A DNA stretch of 62,580 nucleotides, counting the filler, from Platydemus manokwari (taxonomy: Eukaryota): NCBI GenBank assembly GCA_037951405.1. It is 5 parts of 5 records of this genome, joined end to end, with 100 filler letters (N's around TTAATTAATTAA, not from the genome) between each part and the next. Parts side by side here need not be neighbours in the genome. Positions count along the whole stretch, not along the records: positions 28,845 to 51,133 come from JBBMOY011255873.1; positions 51,234 to 62,580 come from JBBMOY010745537.1; 3 more parts are not named here. One strand, 5' to 3'. A program made the position numbers and the translations under genes. This document shows, piece after piece, positions 41,650-55,260 of this stretch (within the stretch, counting starts at the first letter, position 1; each line of letters opens with the position of its first letter). A model generated the notes under the pieces. The model ran no database searches and was not told the origin of the DNA. It worked only from the letters and a program-made list of their open reading frames with translations.

Positions 41650-44600
41650 CTTCTCTTTATTGCCTATCATATACTGTGAATCCTTACAGATAACCTTAAC
41701 AAATATATCTCTTTCAGGCAAGATGAACGTACAATCTATTCCTCTCTTTCACAGAGCTCGGATCCCCAATCGAACCTTCGTCCAACAAGAGCCCGGTCAG
41801 GGATGCTTATCATCAACTGTGTTGTTTAGCCAGTCAATAGCCCCTTTGAAATTCGTCAACTTCAGAACGATTGAAACGGTGGTTTCCTACTGCGATCAAT
41901 CTTTTTTGTCTAAAAGAAGCAAAGACAGAATCAGAGCTGTTCAACAACAGAAAACCTTTTACTATACTCTTATTATAATGATCAATTTCTGCTGTCATAC
42001 GTCTAATAACACTCAACTTTCTACAAATATACAAAAAGTCATTATTGACTTTCGAAAAAAGCTAACTCTTATCATTTTCTTTACTAATTGTCTGATCTTT
42101 TCATCGAACCCGAGTTCTCTGGGCTTACCACCCATCGCTTCTTGTGTGGAGACAAAAGAGGTAGAATACTGACCTCTCGGTTTCGAAGGTGAAACGGCAG
42201 TCTAGAGTGTGGAAACATTCTAAAGGGATTTAGCTTTTGACTTGGATGTAAGTCTATGTTACAAATCACCTCGAAGTCGGAGATGACATCATTTAAAAAG
42301 TCATCAATATCTTTCCACTTTGGGGAGCCAAACCGAACTTCAAGATACTTATATTGGTTCTTTTCATCTTTTCAATATCATATTTTCTGAGAACCGTTTT
42401 TTTCACAGGGTCACTACAGAAATATTCAGGTTTACTTTGATTAAATATAAGATAAACCTTAATAGCCAAATACACATTTCTACTTAACCTATCAGTAATC
42501 ACCAGAAACAACTACGAAATCATCAGCGTAAGCCAATATAGAAATTTCCATATTAGACAATGTGAGAGGTCTCTCCAAATTGTGGCAAAATTTAACAAGG
42601 AAATCGATCGATAAACAGAGTAATGACATCGATAAGGGACAACCTTACTTGACGCCTTTAGCCAGATCAATAGAGTAATTATATTCTAACAGTGATATGT
42701 AGTACTCATGTCACTGTAAAAATTCTTCAGAAGATTGATTGTACTCGATGCACACCATCTTTTCCACAGTCAACCAAATTAATTCATGAAGCAAGCTAGG
42801 AAATACTTCCTTAAGATCTAACCAAACGAAATGGCAATTTACCCTAGATATTTTGCAAGATTCGTAAATGGATTGAAGGCATGCATTGTGCTTAGCACAA
42901 CCATCCTCAGGTAAGAGTGCTTTTTGATTCCCGGAGATTAAATTTCCACATGTAATCCAACCGGGCATGCGAAGGTTAATCATGTTACAAAACAATCTAT
43001 AGGACGTGTTTATTAGCGCCATCCTTCAGTGGTTTTAATATAAGAGAAGTCTTAAATTCTTTTCACTGATTCAGCACCAGCCCTGAACTTAATACTATGT
43101 TAAAGAACCTATGCAAAAACATATATTTCGGATCAATTTCACACCAATTCTTGAAGAACAAGCCATCATTACCAGGAGCAGAGTTTTTCGAGGTTTTTGA
43201 AAACAGAGGCAATTTCTTCAACAAAAATTGACTCATTTGTGAAAAGATCTTCTGAATACGAAACGTCGATATTCAAATTTGGAAGAGTGGGTGGAGATTG
43301 ATGTGTAAAATGAGAGTTAATATATTCAGCAGATGGTAGAGATGTTGGAGTAGAAGAAGGTAATAACCTCTTTATTGCTTTCTTCGCCATCGCTATATAT
43401 TCTTTCCTTAACTCAAAAATATATTTAGAAGGTTCTACTTTTCCATGTGACATATACCTAATTTTAGATCGAAATCTATCAGGATATACACGAGATATTG
43501 TCTTTATACCAAATTCAAAGATCTTAGTGAAATTCACAACAATGTCACTCATCAACATCATCGCCTCAGAAATGAGAGAGTGAAGACCTGGCGACAATAT
43601 GCGAGTTTTTTCAATTCCATGTTTTCTATTTAAAAAGTCTCACAGACAAAAGATTATTTGAGATCTAAAGTTCGGAACTGAAGATGAGAAACTACAATTT
43701 TCAGAATAGTCTGTCATATATCTGATAACAAAGAGACCGCAATCAAATTAAGTGAGTTGTCTCGGCACATTGTCAATAAAAACTCTTTGAGAAAGAGATA
43801 ACAAGTCATGGAACAAGGAGATGCGCCAAGATCCAATTAAGTTTGTCCAAGAGACATATTTGTTCCTTTGATAAATCTATTAGGAAAGATTTTTGTTTAC
43901 TAACATTGGCAATGAAGGCAACCAATGCTCGTTATTACCCAAAGTACTATCGATGACGTCCCTATACAACGAAACGGGAAAGAACCATAGAATAAATCTG
44001 AATTAGAGCTGCCAATAACTATAGCAGGAAGAGGCCGAATGAAAACTATACATTTCCTACCAGACAATCTAAGAAGGATAAAACCTTCGATCACTAACCT
44101 ACTTAGTCATTCCGAAATAAGATCGTCTTCCCTTAACTGCAATGATATCAATATTTCGTCCTTTAAAGCCAGAGATTCACAAGATTCTACCTAAGTATTA
44201 GCATTATGTAAATTATAATACGATTTGAAATTAAAAATATTTAGTACAAAACTACAATGAAAAGTTATTCCAAGTCCATATCATCTGTCAGATTAAGAAT
44301 TCTATCAAAGTGTTTTCGCAACGTTGTAATATTTCTACTACATGGCATAAAATAAGATATCTTTCTGTTTTGACACAAACAGCATCAAACCTTTGAGTTA
44401 GAGTAAGCTGTGAAAATATTCATTAATGATGTCTCAAAATAGTGTAAATATCAGTTATTTCTATATTAGAAACTGGAACTAAAGGTTTAAAAATACTTAT
44501 ATCTAATTTTAGGTCCTGGAAATCAACAGTTGATGATGGTGAGATGAAAGAGAAATCATTACTTTCAAAAAGCTTTTGTACAATTGCAGAAATATTCATG

Positions 44601-45570
44601 ACCATGGAGCCAAAATCAGAACTGCTGGAGAGAGAAATGTCACCAATATCACCCAAGTTTGAGAACGGAATGTGACTTTTTCAATGGTGTTTTATGTACT
44701 CATCAATCATACTATCGAGGAAGCAATCAAGGAGCCTATCACCAAATTGATTAGCTGAACTTTGTATCATTTCTTTACTACCAAGAGCAATTATTATCAC
44801 TTGTGAGAACAAAATCAACCATCCTATTAAACATTGTGTCCACCGAAATATTATCTACCTCATCTATAATCTTATTTATCGTATAATCATCCTCGAAACG
44901 ATGAGAGATCATACCTCCAAACCGGACTTGCAGCAATCCCTGTAACTGCATAATAAATATATTAGGATTGATTCCAACTTGCTTATATTACTCTCATCTC
45001 ATGTTTTGATCTTTATAACACATTGACTACAAAAAGTTCCTTAAAGAGAGACGTGCTACAACAACAGATAACAATTATATCTTCAGAATGTACTTGCACC
45101 TATAGACAAACCAAATGTCTTGCTACAAATATTTGATAACCAATCGATTCAATACAAACACCCGCAAGCTCTTGTCTCAAGTAAATTGTAGGCTTGTATA
45201 TCTTCGGAGGTCAAACAGGAATGCAAGAAATCTGTGCAGCAATTGAAGTAAAATTTGCTGCTGTGGAGAGATGCGGAACTTGCAATCCTTTTTATAACTC
45301 TGCCGTATCGAATAATGTGGAGAATTTCTCAGAATATTTCAGTAAACACTCAACATAACGGCAGTTAAGATAACTGACCATTGATGTAATTTCAAATAGC
45401 TTACTCCTTTTACTTATATTTACTCTAAAACACTCGGCATTTACAAACTGATTATTCCGATGATATATCACATAATATTTCTCCACACTGCTCTTACAAA
45501 TAGCACAGTAGCATAACCACCTATCACGGAATAGAAGAAAATATTTAAGGCTAACACAATCACTAGTCAA
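41650..45570 (-). mobile_element. Degenerate NeSL-like non-LTR retrotransposon: Cys-rich (PHD-like) region, Ulp1/C48 protease, RT, REL endonuclease
   Basis: RT motifs ALINTSYRLF, NQKALLPEDGCAKH, WLDLKEVFPSLLH, GCPLS and AYADD (~42520). Upstream protease motifs E*LSRLVIEGF, HW-AFI..FLID and VPRQLT*FDCGLFV. C-terminal GS.GDP-like end. Confidence 0.85.
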
Positions 45571-47701
45571 ACTATTGTTTTTATTAGATTGGTCTGTGAC
45601 TTACCTTTCTGAATATTCATTTCACTTGATATAAATGTGTTTTTAAATAACAAAATGATTCTCGTTATAATCAGATCAGTTTCTTCTCCTGTTTATTAAA
45701 CATCGAACTACGTCAGTCCTAAAAGTAGATCACCCCGATTTAGTGAAATGATCAAATAAAATTGTGTGATATTACAAAATTAAGAACTGACGTGTAAATG
45801 TTGCCAAGAATATTAACAAATGTAGGCAATTTGTTTAATCATGTGGACACTGCACACCGACACATAAAACAATATTTAAACGAGGAACAACAGTCAGTTT
45901 ACTACTTTATATATTAATTTGCTTAAAGAAGTGCGGTCAAATATAATTTTTTATCTTGATTTTTCAGTTAATTTCCAACGTGGGCTTTATATAATAGTCG
46001 CGGCTTACAATTATAATTTATGTCTTATCATTATATATAATCATATTATCATATTAAAATATCAAATCAGATAAATGATATTTCATATTATTATTAAAAT
46101 GATAAATTACGAAAATTACATTCTAAATAGGAAACGATACTTATTATCGAGATAAACCAGGTTGTTAAATTGTTATAAAGTTTTTGTCAGATTAGCTGTC
46201 TGATAAAAGTTAATTGTTATTACCAAATTACATATATTCAATTGTCGTCGTACAACTATAAATTGAAAAATATAAAACAATGTGAATGGATTTCGTCGTT
46301 TTTAATGTAAAGGAGAAACAAATCTAGATTTTGTTAATAGATTGCTGTTAGCGAAAAGTATTACATTCATTAAGTTATTTCTTCCAATTCCATAGATGAT
46401 TTCATTCTTATTACAAGTGTTTTTTATTTTAGTCAATAGATTTCTTTATTATACTTGTGCATTTTTACTCATCGTTATTAGACATATCTTTCAAAAAAAA
46501 CATGTCTTAATACCACTGCAAATGTCTATATCCTATACTAATTGTGAGCCCCTAATATTTAATAAACCACACATTGAAAACGAACTGGGAATTTCGTTAT
46601 GAAATCTTTTATATCTATCGTATATAACCTTTCTGGAACTAAAGGAAAGTACGTTTGTGTTTGATAATCATGTTAATTATCAGGTACTGAGTTTGATTCA
46701 ATCACTCAAGTACTCATTATAATCATGATTCATAAACCAAAAGAATAATCTTAAATCGACATCACGGAAATATAAATTACTTGAATATTATTTTTTATTT
46801 TTATATTATAAATTGTGCTAACAATTACTACTGCGTAAATTACATCTAGACAAAATGATATGTTAAGTCTAAGCAAACAATTCAAGGTCGATAGATTATA
46901 TGCTTAATTTTTTCATGTCATTCATCGAACTAATTCTTTACAATAACTATTAACACTACGATACTAATCTTATCCGTATATCAATGATTTGTAACCAGTT
47001 AGTCACTAATTTGGAATATCTGACTTTTTTCTTTCAATTTTCATTCACCATTGATATTTTTTGTTTCCAATTTTTGTTTTTACATTTTTACTAATATATT
47101 ACTGGATGCATTATTTTAATAGTTTAGGTTACACATTAATTGGAACCCTTTATGACTTTTACATGATACAAACAGAAGGATTTCCATAGTTAGAATTCTC
47201 AATAGTGTGAAATTATTAATATAATCGTGGGTAGGCATATAAATTCTGAAATGGTTTAATATATAAATTCGTATATAATGAAATTGAGGAACCATCATAA
47301 AGTTTAATATGGAATTTATTGTATGTAGAATTGAAAGATCTTGAAATTATTACTAATTAGATAAACGCATATTTTTAGTTTTTATCAGAAAGAGCAACAA
47401 TTGCTTATGTTGGTATTAAAAATTTGAATGAGATTATTCCCCTACTTAAAAAATTAAAATCTGAAAATATATAAATGATTATCCTTAAAAGAAGAGTTAT
47501 AAAAACTATTTTTTAATATGTATTATTTTAATTATATTTATAATTAATAATATTAAATTAAAGTATAAAATTTGTATGAAGAGGCGATATAAACATTTGT
47601 GATACGAATGTAATCTTAAATCAAAATTAAATATGGATTTTTATACTAGTTTTATACTAAATATATTCATTTTGTTTAAATATTTATAAAAAACGCTGAA
47701 A

Positions 47702-48526
47702 ATGATTGAACAAACATTAAATAGTTGGGACGTAGAAGATGATGACATCAATAATAATGAAAATTTAATCTATGATGAGAAAACAGGACTTTACAAGAAA
47801 ATTAGAAAGACCTACAACGATAAGGATCAACTTTGTCAAGAGACTTTAGAATACAAATTAGAAACAATTTCAGTTTCAGAATCTGTTAAATCCCGAAGAT
47901 CATGCAAGAAATTCGGAAAAGCCAAAAATGATCCAGCCGGACCCAATCCTGCTAATACATATTTAGGAGATGAAATATTTATGAAATTTTACTCAGATGA
48001 AGTCGAAACTGTTGAAGAAGAAAAGAAAGTTACCGTTCAAAGTGTTCGTTGTCGTAATTGTCAAGGTGATCACTTTTCACACAAATGTCCTTACAAAGAT
48101 GAAATAAAAAGTATACAAGAATTAACTGTTCGTTTGGAAGAAGCCAATGCTAATCAAACGCCAACAGAAGCTGCTCCAATTAAACCAAGCACTGTTGTCA
48201 AACCATCGACTGGAGGATCTTATATACCTCCACATATGCGTGAAGAGAATGCACGAACATTCTCTGATAAGAAACGCTCGGACAGTGCTTTAACAATTCG
48301 TGTTACGAACTTACCGGAAACTGCTAAAGAAAATGATTTGGAAGATCTTTTCAGACCTTTCGGTAGTCTTTCACGAACCTTCTTGGTTAAAGATAGACAA
48401 ACAGGTTTATCTAGGGGCTCTGCTTACGTCACATTCTATAACCGTAGTGATGCAGCCAAAGCTATTGAAGCAGTTAATGGATTCGGCTATGATCATTGCA
48501 TTTTACAAGTCCAATGGTCTGAATAG
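47702..48526 (+). CDS. eIF3g: Eukaryotic translation initiation factor 3 subunit G (274 aa, intronless)
   Basis: RRSCKKFGKAKNDPAGPNPANT, zinc knuckle CRNCQGDHFSHKCP, YIPPHMR, and a C-terminal RRM (IRVTNL...SRGSAYVTF...NGFGYDHCILQVQW). Confidence 0.97.
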   Translation: MIEQTLNSWDVEDDDINNNENLIYDEKTGLYKKIRKTYNDKDQLCQETLEYKLETISVSESVKSRRSCKKFGKAKNDPAGPNPANTYLGDEIFMKFYSDEVETVEEEKKVTVQSVRCRNCQGDHFSHKCPYKDEIKSIQELTVRLEEANANQTPTEAAPIKPSTVVKPSTGGSYIPPHMREENARTFSDKKRSDSALTIRVTNLPETAKENDLEDLFRPFGSLSRTFLVKDRQTGLSRGSAYVTFYNRSDAAKAIEAVNGFGYDHCILQVQWSE

Positions 48527-49749
48527 AATGTTGCTTGATTCTGACATTTTAAATATATCGATATTTGCCATTTATATAGTAGAGTCTTTTACATTGCTTA
48601 TATAGTACTTTCATTCTTTGTTATATTTTTCAATTATTGATTTTATTGAATTAGTTGGTTTTTGGATTGTTTGTGTGTTGGTTTGAGTATATTTAATTGA
48701 GATCTCTACATTTGTGTGATCAACTATTAGCATGTGGGTTTAGTTGATAACATGCGTATGTTTATCACTGGTAAATTAAGATATGATTTGTTTTATTGAT
48801 TATTTGTTATGATTTTTATCGGAAACATTTGGATGACGTTTAAAATATAAGGAAAAAAACAATTCGGATTCATCACATGATTTCAATGGGGTTAATAAAG
48901 ATTTTCATACAGTTTGTTGTGCTAACATGCTGATAACGTTATTGTTTTTCGATTATCATTCTGTTATTTTAGACATTTTTGTTTGGTCTTTTGATAAGAT
49001 GGTGTATGTCAATCCTGATTCGTGGTTTAATTTGTTTTTATGACGCTTGTTGCATTTAAAAACATTTGTTGGATTCAGACATTTAATATCGATGAAGAAT
49101 CGTATCAAAAAATAATGCCTCACTTTTGGTATTCACCTTTTTTATAATGATTCATTACAGTAAAATAATGTTAATAATAAAATTAATTAAAAAAACTAGA
49201 CAATAAGCAGATGTAGAATAACCATGGTAACTCATCTATATTGAGATGTCAAAAAAGATTAAATCTTTAATCAGCAGGTAAGCATTATTTTGTTGCTTAT
49301 TGATTAAATATTCTATTGAATTTTAAGATATTTTTTCCTATAATATATGAAGTGTCAAATCCAAGGAAGCAGATATGGATAACGAAAGAAAATGTGGAGA
49401 AAACTAAAATTTTGCTGAAAAATTAGAGTAATTACTTAATAAAAAATCAATAATAATTGATTTATTGTTAACGAATCAACCTCCAAGTGTAACTATGTTC
49501 TCATAAGTCTTTTTTTACAAACTATTTCGAAAACATGGGTAAAAGATTTTCGTTTTACTTAAGCATTGGAAGTTTCACTAGAAAATAGATTCTATTTATT
49601 CACAATAATTAATTTAATCAATAATTTTATCGTTATGAAAATTGAATTAATCTTTTTAACATTTTTCGATTATCTACAATTTAGTTATCTTGGAATTATA
49701 ATTTTAGTATAATTTGAAATTTCATACCGCTTATCAAATTGTCTTTTTC

Positions 49750-50763
49750 ACAAAGTTTAAAATCTGGAATTGAAAAAGCTGAGTCATACGGGACTTTTAG
49801 CTCACACCAAATAAGCTTTACTCCAGTGGTCAGGTTATACTGAATCCAGGAGGTCAGCTAACGTATATTAAGGGTATACTTGAGCACTAAGTTACATGTT
49901 TCCAATTCGACAAAAGAACTAAAGATGAACTGCATCTTCTATAGTTTACATATACGATCACATCCTTTACGTTTTTTCTTCAAACAGTAATTTCAGTTCC
50001 TCCAAATCCATAGAAATAGATAACTAAACTACATTGTCATTTATTTTTAAAACATATTTACGAGTATTATTCATATGTAATTTTAAAAATTATATGAGTG
50101 ACATGGAGTTCTGCAATCAACTGGATATTTGTAAAGTGTTTCACAGCCACAATAGGTTGATAAATGCTGCTTTGCTTGCTTCAATAGTAATTTGATTTTG
50201 ATAACTAATTTAGTTTCATATTTAATGAAACTATTCATTCGCAACGTATGTACAATATCGGTTACAATGATATACACCAGAACAAATAGATCTCACGTGA
50301 TTGCCAGAAACTATTTTCTTTCGAATCTAATTAACCAGTTAACAATTATTGGCCACCATTAATTCTTAGAAACACTTTCACCAGCAACAACTGACAATAA
50401 GCTCTTATTTGTAAATCTTTAGTTTTGACTGCTGAGATTATGCAATTCCTCCAAAGTATTTATATGTTCAGGATGCACCCAACCAAACATATCCAATTCT
50501 AATCTCAACAATGCATCCATCCAAACAAATCCAATTTTAAGCCAAACAATATCAACAATAAATTTTCCCTTAATCAACTTCTATACTTCTTTTACAATCA
50601 ATCAACAACTCTCCTACAATTACCTCTCAATATCACAGCAATTATCATCAAACCTTATTTTTAATCAATTCTTACACAATTCAAACAACACATCAGCCCC
50701 AATTCCCTAATCAAATTCAAATCAAATATCTCAAATCTAAATCCAAATATAAAACTCCAATTT
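49750..50763 (-). mobile_element. Decayed BEL/Pao pol remnant (RNase H-integrase region)
   Basis: FVWMDALL..FGWV (cf. W.DS...L.W) and KQHLSTYCGCETL (integrase Zn-finger-like); many stops. Confidence 0.3.
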
Positions 50764-51133
50764 GACTTACATTTTAATTGATTGTTGAACGCTTAAAGTA
50801 TCTTTCCTTTGCTTAAAAATTATCTTTGATTATGAAATAATTATCTAATGAATGTGTATTCATTCTTTTAATTTGTAAACTGAAAGATAGAGGTTATAGA
50901 GAGCGACACAGAGTTGAGCAGTGTTATTAAAAATTAAATGAGAACAAAATCACAATAGCAATAATGAAGAATAATAAGAAATAAAGCATAGCAATCGGGT
51001 GGTCACTATAGCATAAATAATATTAATATAAGAAAGAAAGAATAAGAATAGTAAATTGTTGGGTTTTTGGAACATTTAATTTTTATGTGCATGGAATTTT
51101 TATTAAGTGTATAAAATTAGCGAATTTTATTAC

Positions 51134-51233
51134 NNNNNNNNNNNNNNNNNNNNNNNNNNNNNNNNNNNNNNNNNNNNTTAATTAATTAANNNNNNNNNNN
51201 NNNNNNNNNNNNNNNNNNNNNNNNNNNNNNNNN
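51134..51233. other. Artificial gap spacer
   Basis: N44-TTAATTAATTAA-N44. Confidence 0.97.
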
Positions 51234-51239
51234 TATACA

Positions 51240-52084
51240 CGAGGGCCGTCAAAAAAATTACGTTTTTCTATGTCGATGAAATCTTATCAAAATCTAAATA
51301 AAATACAATTTTAAACATTTATTTGTGAAAATCGCATATGCAATTAAATTAAAAGTGTTAGCAAACCATAACATAGCCTAAACATAGTCTCCATCAGCTT
51401 CAATGTCACTCTGGAGGTGAAGTGTAAAATTTTGAAACTCGCTTGTGAGCTTGGCCTCCGATGCTGACTCCAAACATTGGCGAAAATCGTTATTCACCTC
51501 TCCTGAATTACTGAGGTTTTTTCCACGTCGGTAGCATTCGTAGAATAAGCTGGCTGCTATAATAGAGGCTCGCGATGTTCTTCAAGCAAAAGTCGAATTA
51601 ACTGTGCTGCATGAAGTCTGGCATTGTCATGCTGAATGACCATTTCCCAAGCAGGTAGTCTTGTTTGAAAATTTAAAATCTTATTCTGCAGGAATTGTAG
51701 GTATCTTTCAGCATAGATGGATCCACCGTGGTGAAGAATTTCGAAATATGTGAGTGATTTTACATAGTTGCTGGCAACAATAATCAGAACTTTGCGATCA
51801 GATGTTGTCCGTCAGGCAATAGTTGGACGATTACCTGGCCATCCACACAAACACGGTTGCATTCTTTTGGAGGTATGTGTCGAAGGTAAATCCATGTTTA
51901 ATCGATCACTATGATCTTTTCCTTAATCAACTCTAATCGATTTATTTAAATTTAAATCTTGAATTTTCTAGTTTTGTTAATGATCTAGAAAATTTACCTA
52001 AGAAAGATCTACTTAGACAATTTTAACTTTGATCTTCAGATATTTTCTTACTGATAAAAACGAAATTTTTTTTGCCGGCCCTAT
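51240..52084 (-). mobile_element. Internally deleted mariner element with both TIRs
   Basis: TIRs agggccgtcaaaaaaattacgtttt / aaaacgaaattttttttgccggccct. Minus strand reads RKVLIIVA..YFEIL..GSIYAERYLQFL, IQHDNARLH and QPAYS. Confidence 0.85.
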
Positions 52085-54599
52085 ATATATACACAATACA
52101 GTACTCCTCCTAACCACCATTTTTGGGGAATTGAAAAAATGTGGCGGTTAAGAAGAAGAATATTTTATATTTATTAATAAAGTTTTTTCATTAAACAATA
52201 TGATAAAGTAAGTTTAAATGAAGTTGAGTTAAATATGCATTGGTTCGTACTCATCAGTGAGCGATGAACCCAGACACGATTAGATATTAATGAATGAGAA
52301 GGATTGAGTAATCATTAAACCAATAAAGAATATTTTCGATTGTCAGTTTCAATCAGCAAACTTTTATAACTCTAACAAATAGTACTCTTGTACTTAAATA
52401 ATAAATTAAAATGTAGCCCGTTTCAAAGATCTTTTCTAATTTCATTACTCCATTTTATTATCCTGGAAAATTAGTTTTGGATTTTTAATACTGGTCCGTA
52501 TGATTTTAGAGATAATCAATTAGTAAAATGAAATTTATTTTATTGGACCAAAATCAAAGACCTTTCTCTATTGAGAATGTAGCAATTAATGTTTTACTTA
52601 AGCTGGTGATTGCCTTTGAATTGTGCCACAGTCTTAATCTCAAGAAGAGAAGCATGCTTTGTTTATGATTACTTTGATTGGTCCCAGAATTGTGTAGAAC
52701 CATATTTTTTTATTATTGTGGCTTGTTCGGTTGAGTAAGAGTATTTATTTAGTTTTACTTGGCCAAACGATGGTGGATATAAAAACGTGATTAAGATTAT
52801 CACGAACTAAATGACTTTCTGAGTAGCACAAACGTAATTGATTATATTTAACAATTTCTGAAAATATTTTGTTGGATAATATCCTGTATTATCGGTATTA
52901 AGTTCTACTTTATGAATTGTATTTTTAATAAAATATTTCATTTAACATTAAATAACTTAAATTAAATAAAAAACTTAAACTATGACTCAATAAATAAATA
53001 TTTAAACAAAATCATTTATTTCAGAGCAATACTGTAAGAAATGCTACTATGACAGTCATTTCAGAACATATTTCAATTGTGCTTATAATTTGTGAATCAA
53101 TTAAATTACAAATGCATTTTCGATTATTATATGGATTTCATTTTCATTGATAAAACAACTCAACCATTTTCATAATATCTTTAAAAACTAAATACATTAA
53201 AACTAAAAATAACATTACATGAATTTTTGAAAATTAAAAGTCAATTTAAAGTAATTTCTTATTGAAAATGATGATTAACATATTAGATGACATTTTCATG
53301 TTAGATGAACAATTAAATGTTGAGATTTATAGTCCACTTTCCTAATACCAAAATCAAGGTAAAGTAAAGAATTTCTGAAGTTGGAGGCCATAAACTAAAG
53401 AAAAACATAAATAAATTTGAAAATGTCAGTGTCCTTTAAAGTGTCTTTATTTCAAAGAAAGTTGTAAATGGAGACATATAGAAGAAAGACATTTTGAAAA
53501 TTATAATATTCCCGAATTGAATATTATTCGAAGTATTTACTCTTTAAGGTTTATTATTGACTACATGTTATTATAATTTCCATGTGTTAACAATGCTACA
53601 TCAAGATAGAAGTAGTAATTGTAAAACAATAACTACATTACAAAATTCGGATAAAAAAGTAATCCCATTAAATATCATTCTCTCTTCTTCCTTTTCTATT
53701 TAATTTTAAAGAGAATATGATAAAATTGTTAAATTCACAAAGACAATTTAAATGACCCGATTAGTGTCTCAATGGCTTCGGTCGTATTATCATTGAAAAA
53801 GAAAATCTTTCATCTGATAAATGAAATGTTGAGAATTAATTTTCAATTGAAGATAATGTTTCAACAAATTGTAAACGAAGAGTAATGAAAAGATTTATGA
53901 GATCAAATCTATCGATTTTTTATAAAACTAAAAAGTAGTAATAAACTATTATTAACTGACAAAAATCAAAAAATTTCTAGAACTATATTGATTAATTAAT
54001 AAATCTATTATTGTACACGATGAACCAAAGAATTTTACAAAATTTATTTTTGTGCTTGACAAAATTGAAGCTCATAAAGGCATAGAGTTTAATATAAAAA
54101 AATACCACAAACGAAATGCAAATAAGTTAACTAAAGGAATGTCAAAAATAAAATAATTATGTAATGATAAAAATTTTTTGATAAATTCGAAAAGTATTCT
54201 GTAATTGAATTGAGATTAAATTCATATATAATTTGGTTACGAAAGATTTTATATGAATTTTAATTAATTGGTTCCAACAGTTGCTGAATTAAAGTGTCAT
54301 CTATACAAATACCTTTAAATGGACATTGATGAGAGATGTGATTTGATATTTATCACCAAGGTGTTGAGTTATTTCAAACCTAACATTTAATAATAAAATT
54401 ATATGTTATTATTGTATATAAAATTGAATAAAAGCCACACTAAATATGATAGAAGTTAACTTCCATCAACCATTGCATTGACAAATTATGATATGCAATG
54501 TTCTAGGGCTAGTAGTAATAATTAAAATTTTTAAAATTCCTTTTTCACCAATAGGAATTCTCTTAATCTTTTCAATTTCAAATAGTTTTTGATCAGTTT

Positions 54600-55260
54600 T
54601 TATTTATTTTGATTAATATCTTGCTTCAAAATTAGCAAAAACAGAATAAATGCCACCGGGCTTATCCAAAGAAATAGAATTATTTCATTTTATTTTTGTT
54701 TGAATTGTATATTTCAATATGATTATGAAATTGCCTTGATCAAGATATTGAAAATTTATTGATTTATTGATATTCCTTTTCAAACAAATATTTTCTAAAA
54801 AAGCATTTCATTAACATATACTGCACATATTCTGTGAATAATATCACCATAAAATAATAATGCTATTAAATCATTTATATAGTGGCTAATATAAAAAGAA
54901 TTTAACGGGTATTTGTGGATTATTTTGACAATAGATAATTGATATTTATTATATTTGCTTAATAAACACCAATTCTTGGATATAAAATAAATAAATGACC
55001 ACGTATATAAATGACACTAAAATATTTGATTCACTGGTAGATTCTATTAGCGATGATGATAAAATTACGAAATATTTTATACATCAAACAAAAAAATCGT
55101 TTATTTGAAATGTAGCGAGATCCCATAAATTTACAAATTATGTAACAAAATATTTTTTGAATTGTGTAGGTTTACTAATTGAATCATTGACAATCCACAC
55201 GAGTAGTCCATCGATATACCGGTTTTATTGTCTTTTTTATTCATCAGTTAGCATCTAGAA
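54600..55260 (-). mobile_element. Possible hAT transposase remnant
   Basis: IDGLLVWIVNDSISKP, FRNFIIIANRIYQ and SISLD occur in hAT-like order. Confidence 0.25.

Noticed and set aside
42100-42130. GGTTCGA T-loop-like motif
   Set aside because: No cloverleaf; lies inside the retrotransposon coding region.
52240-52270. Minus-strand CUGAUGAGUACGAAC minimal hammerhead-like motif
   Set aside because: No viable stem II, incomplete GAAA, and no stem I/III pairing.
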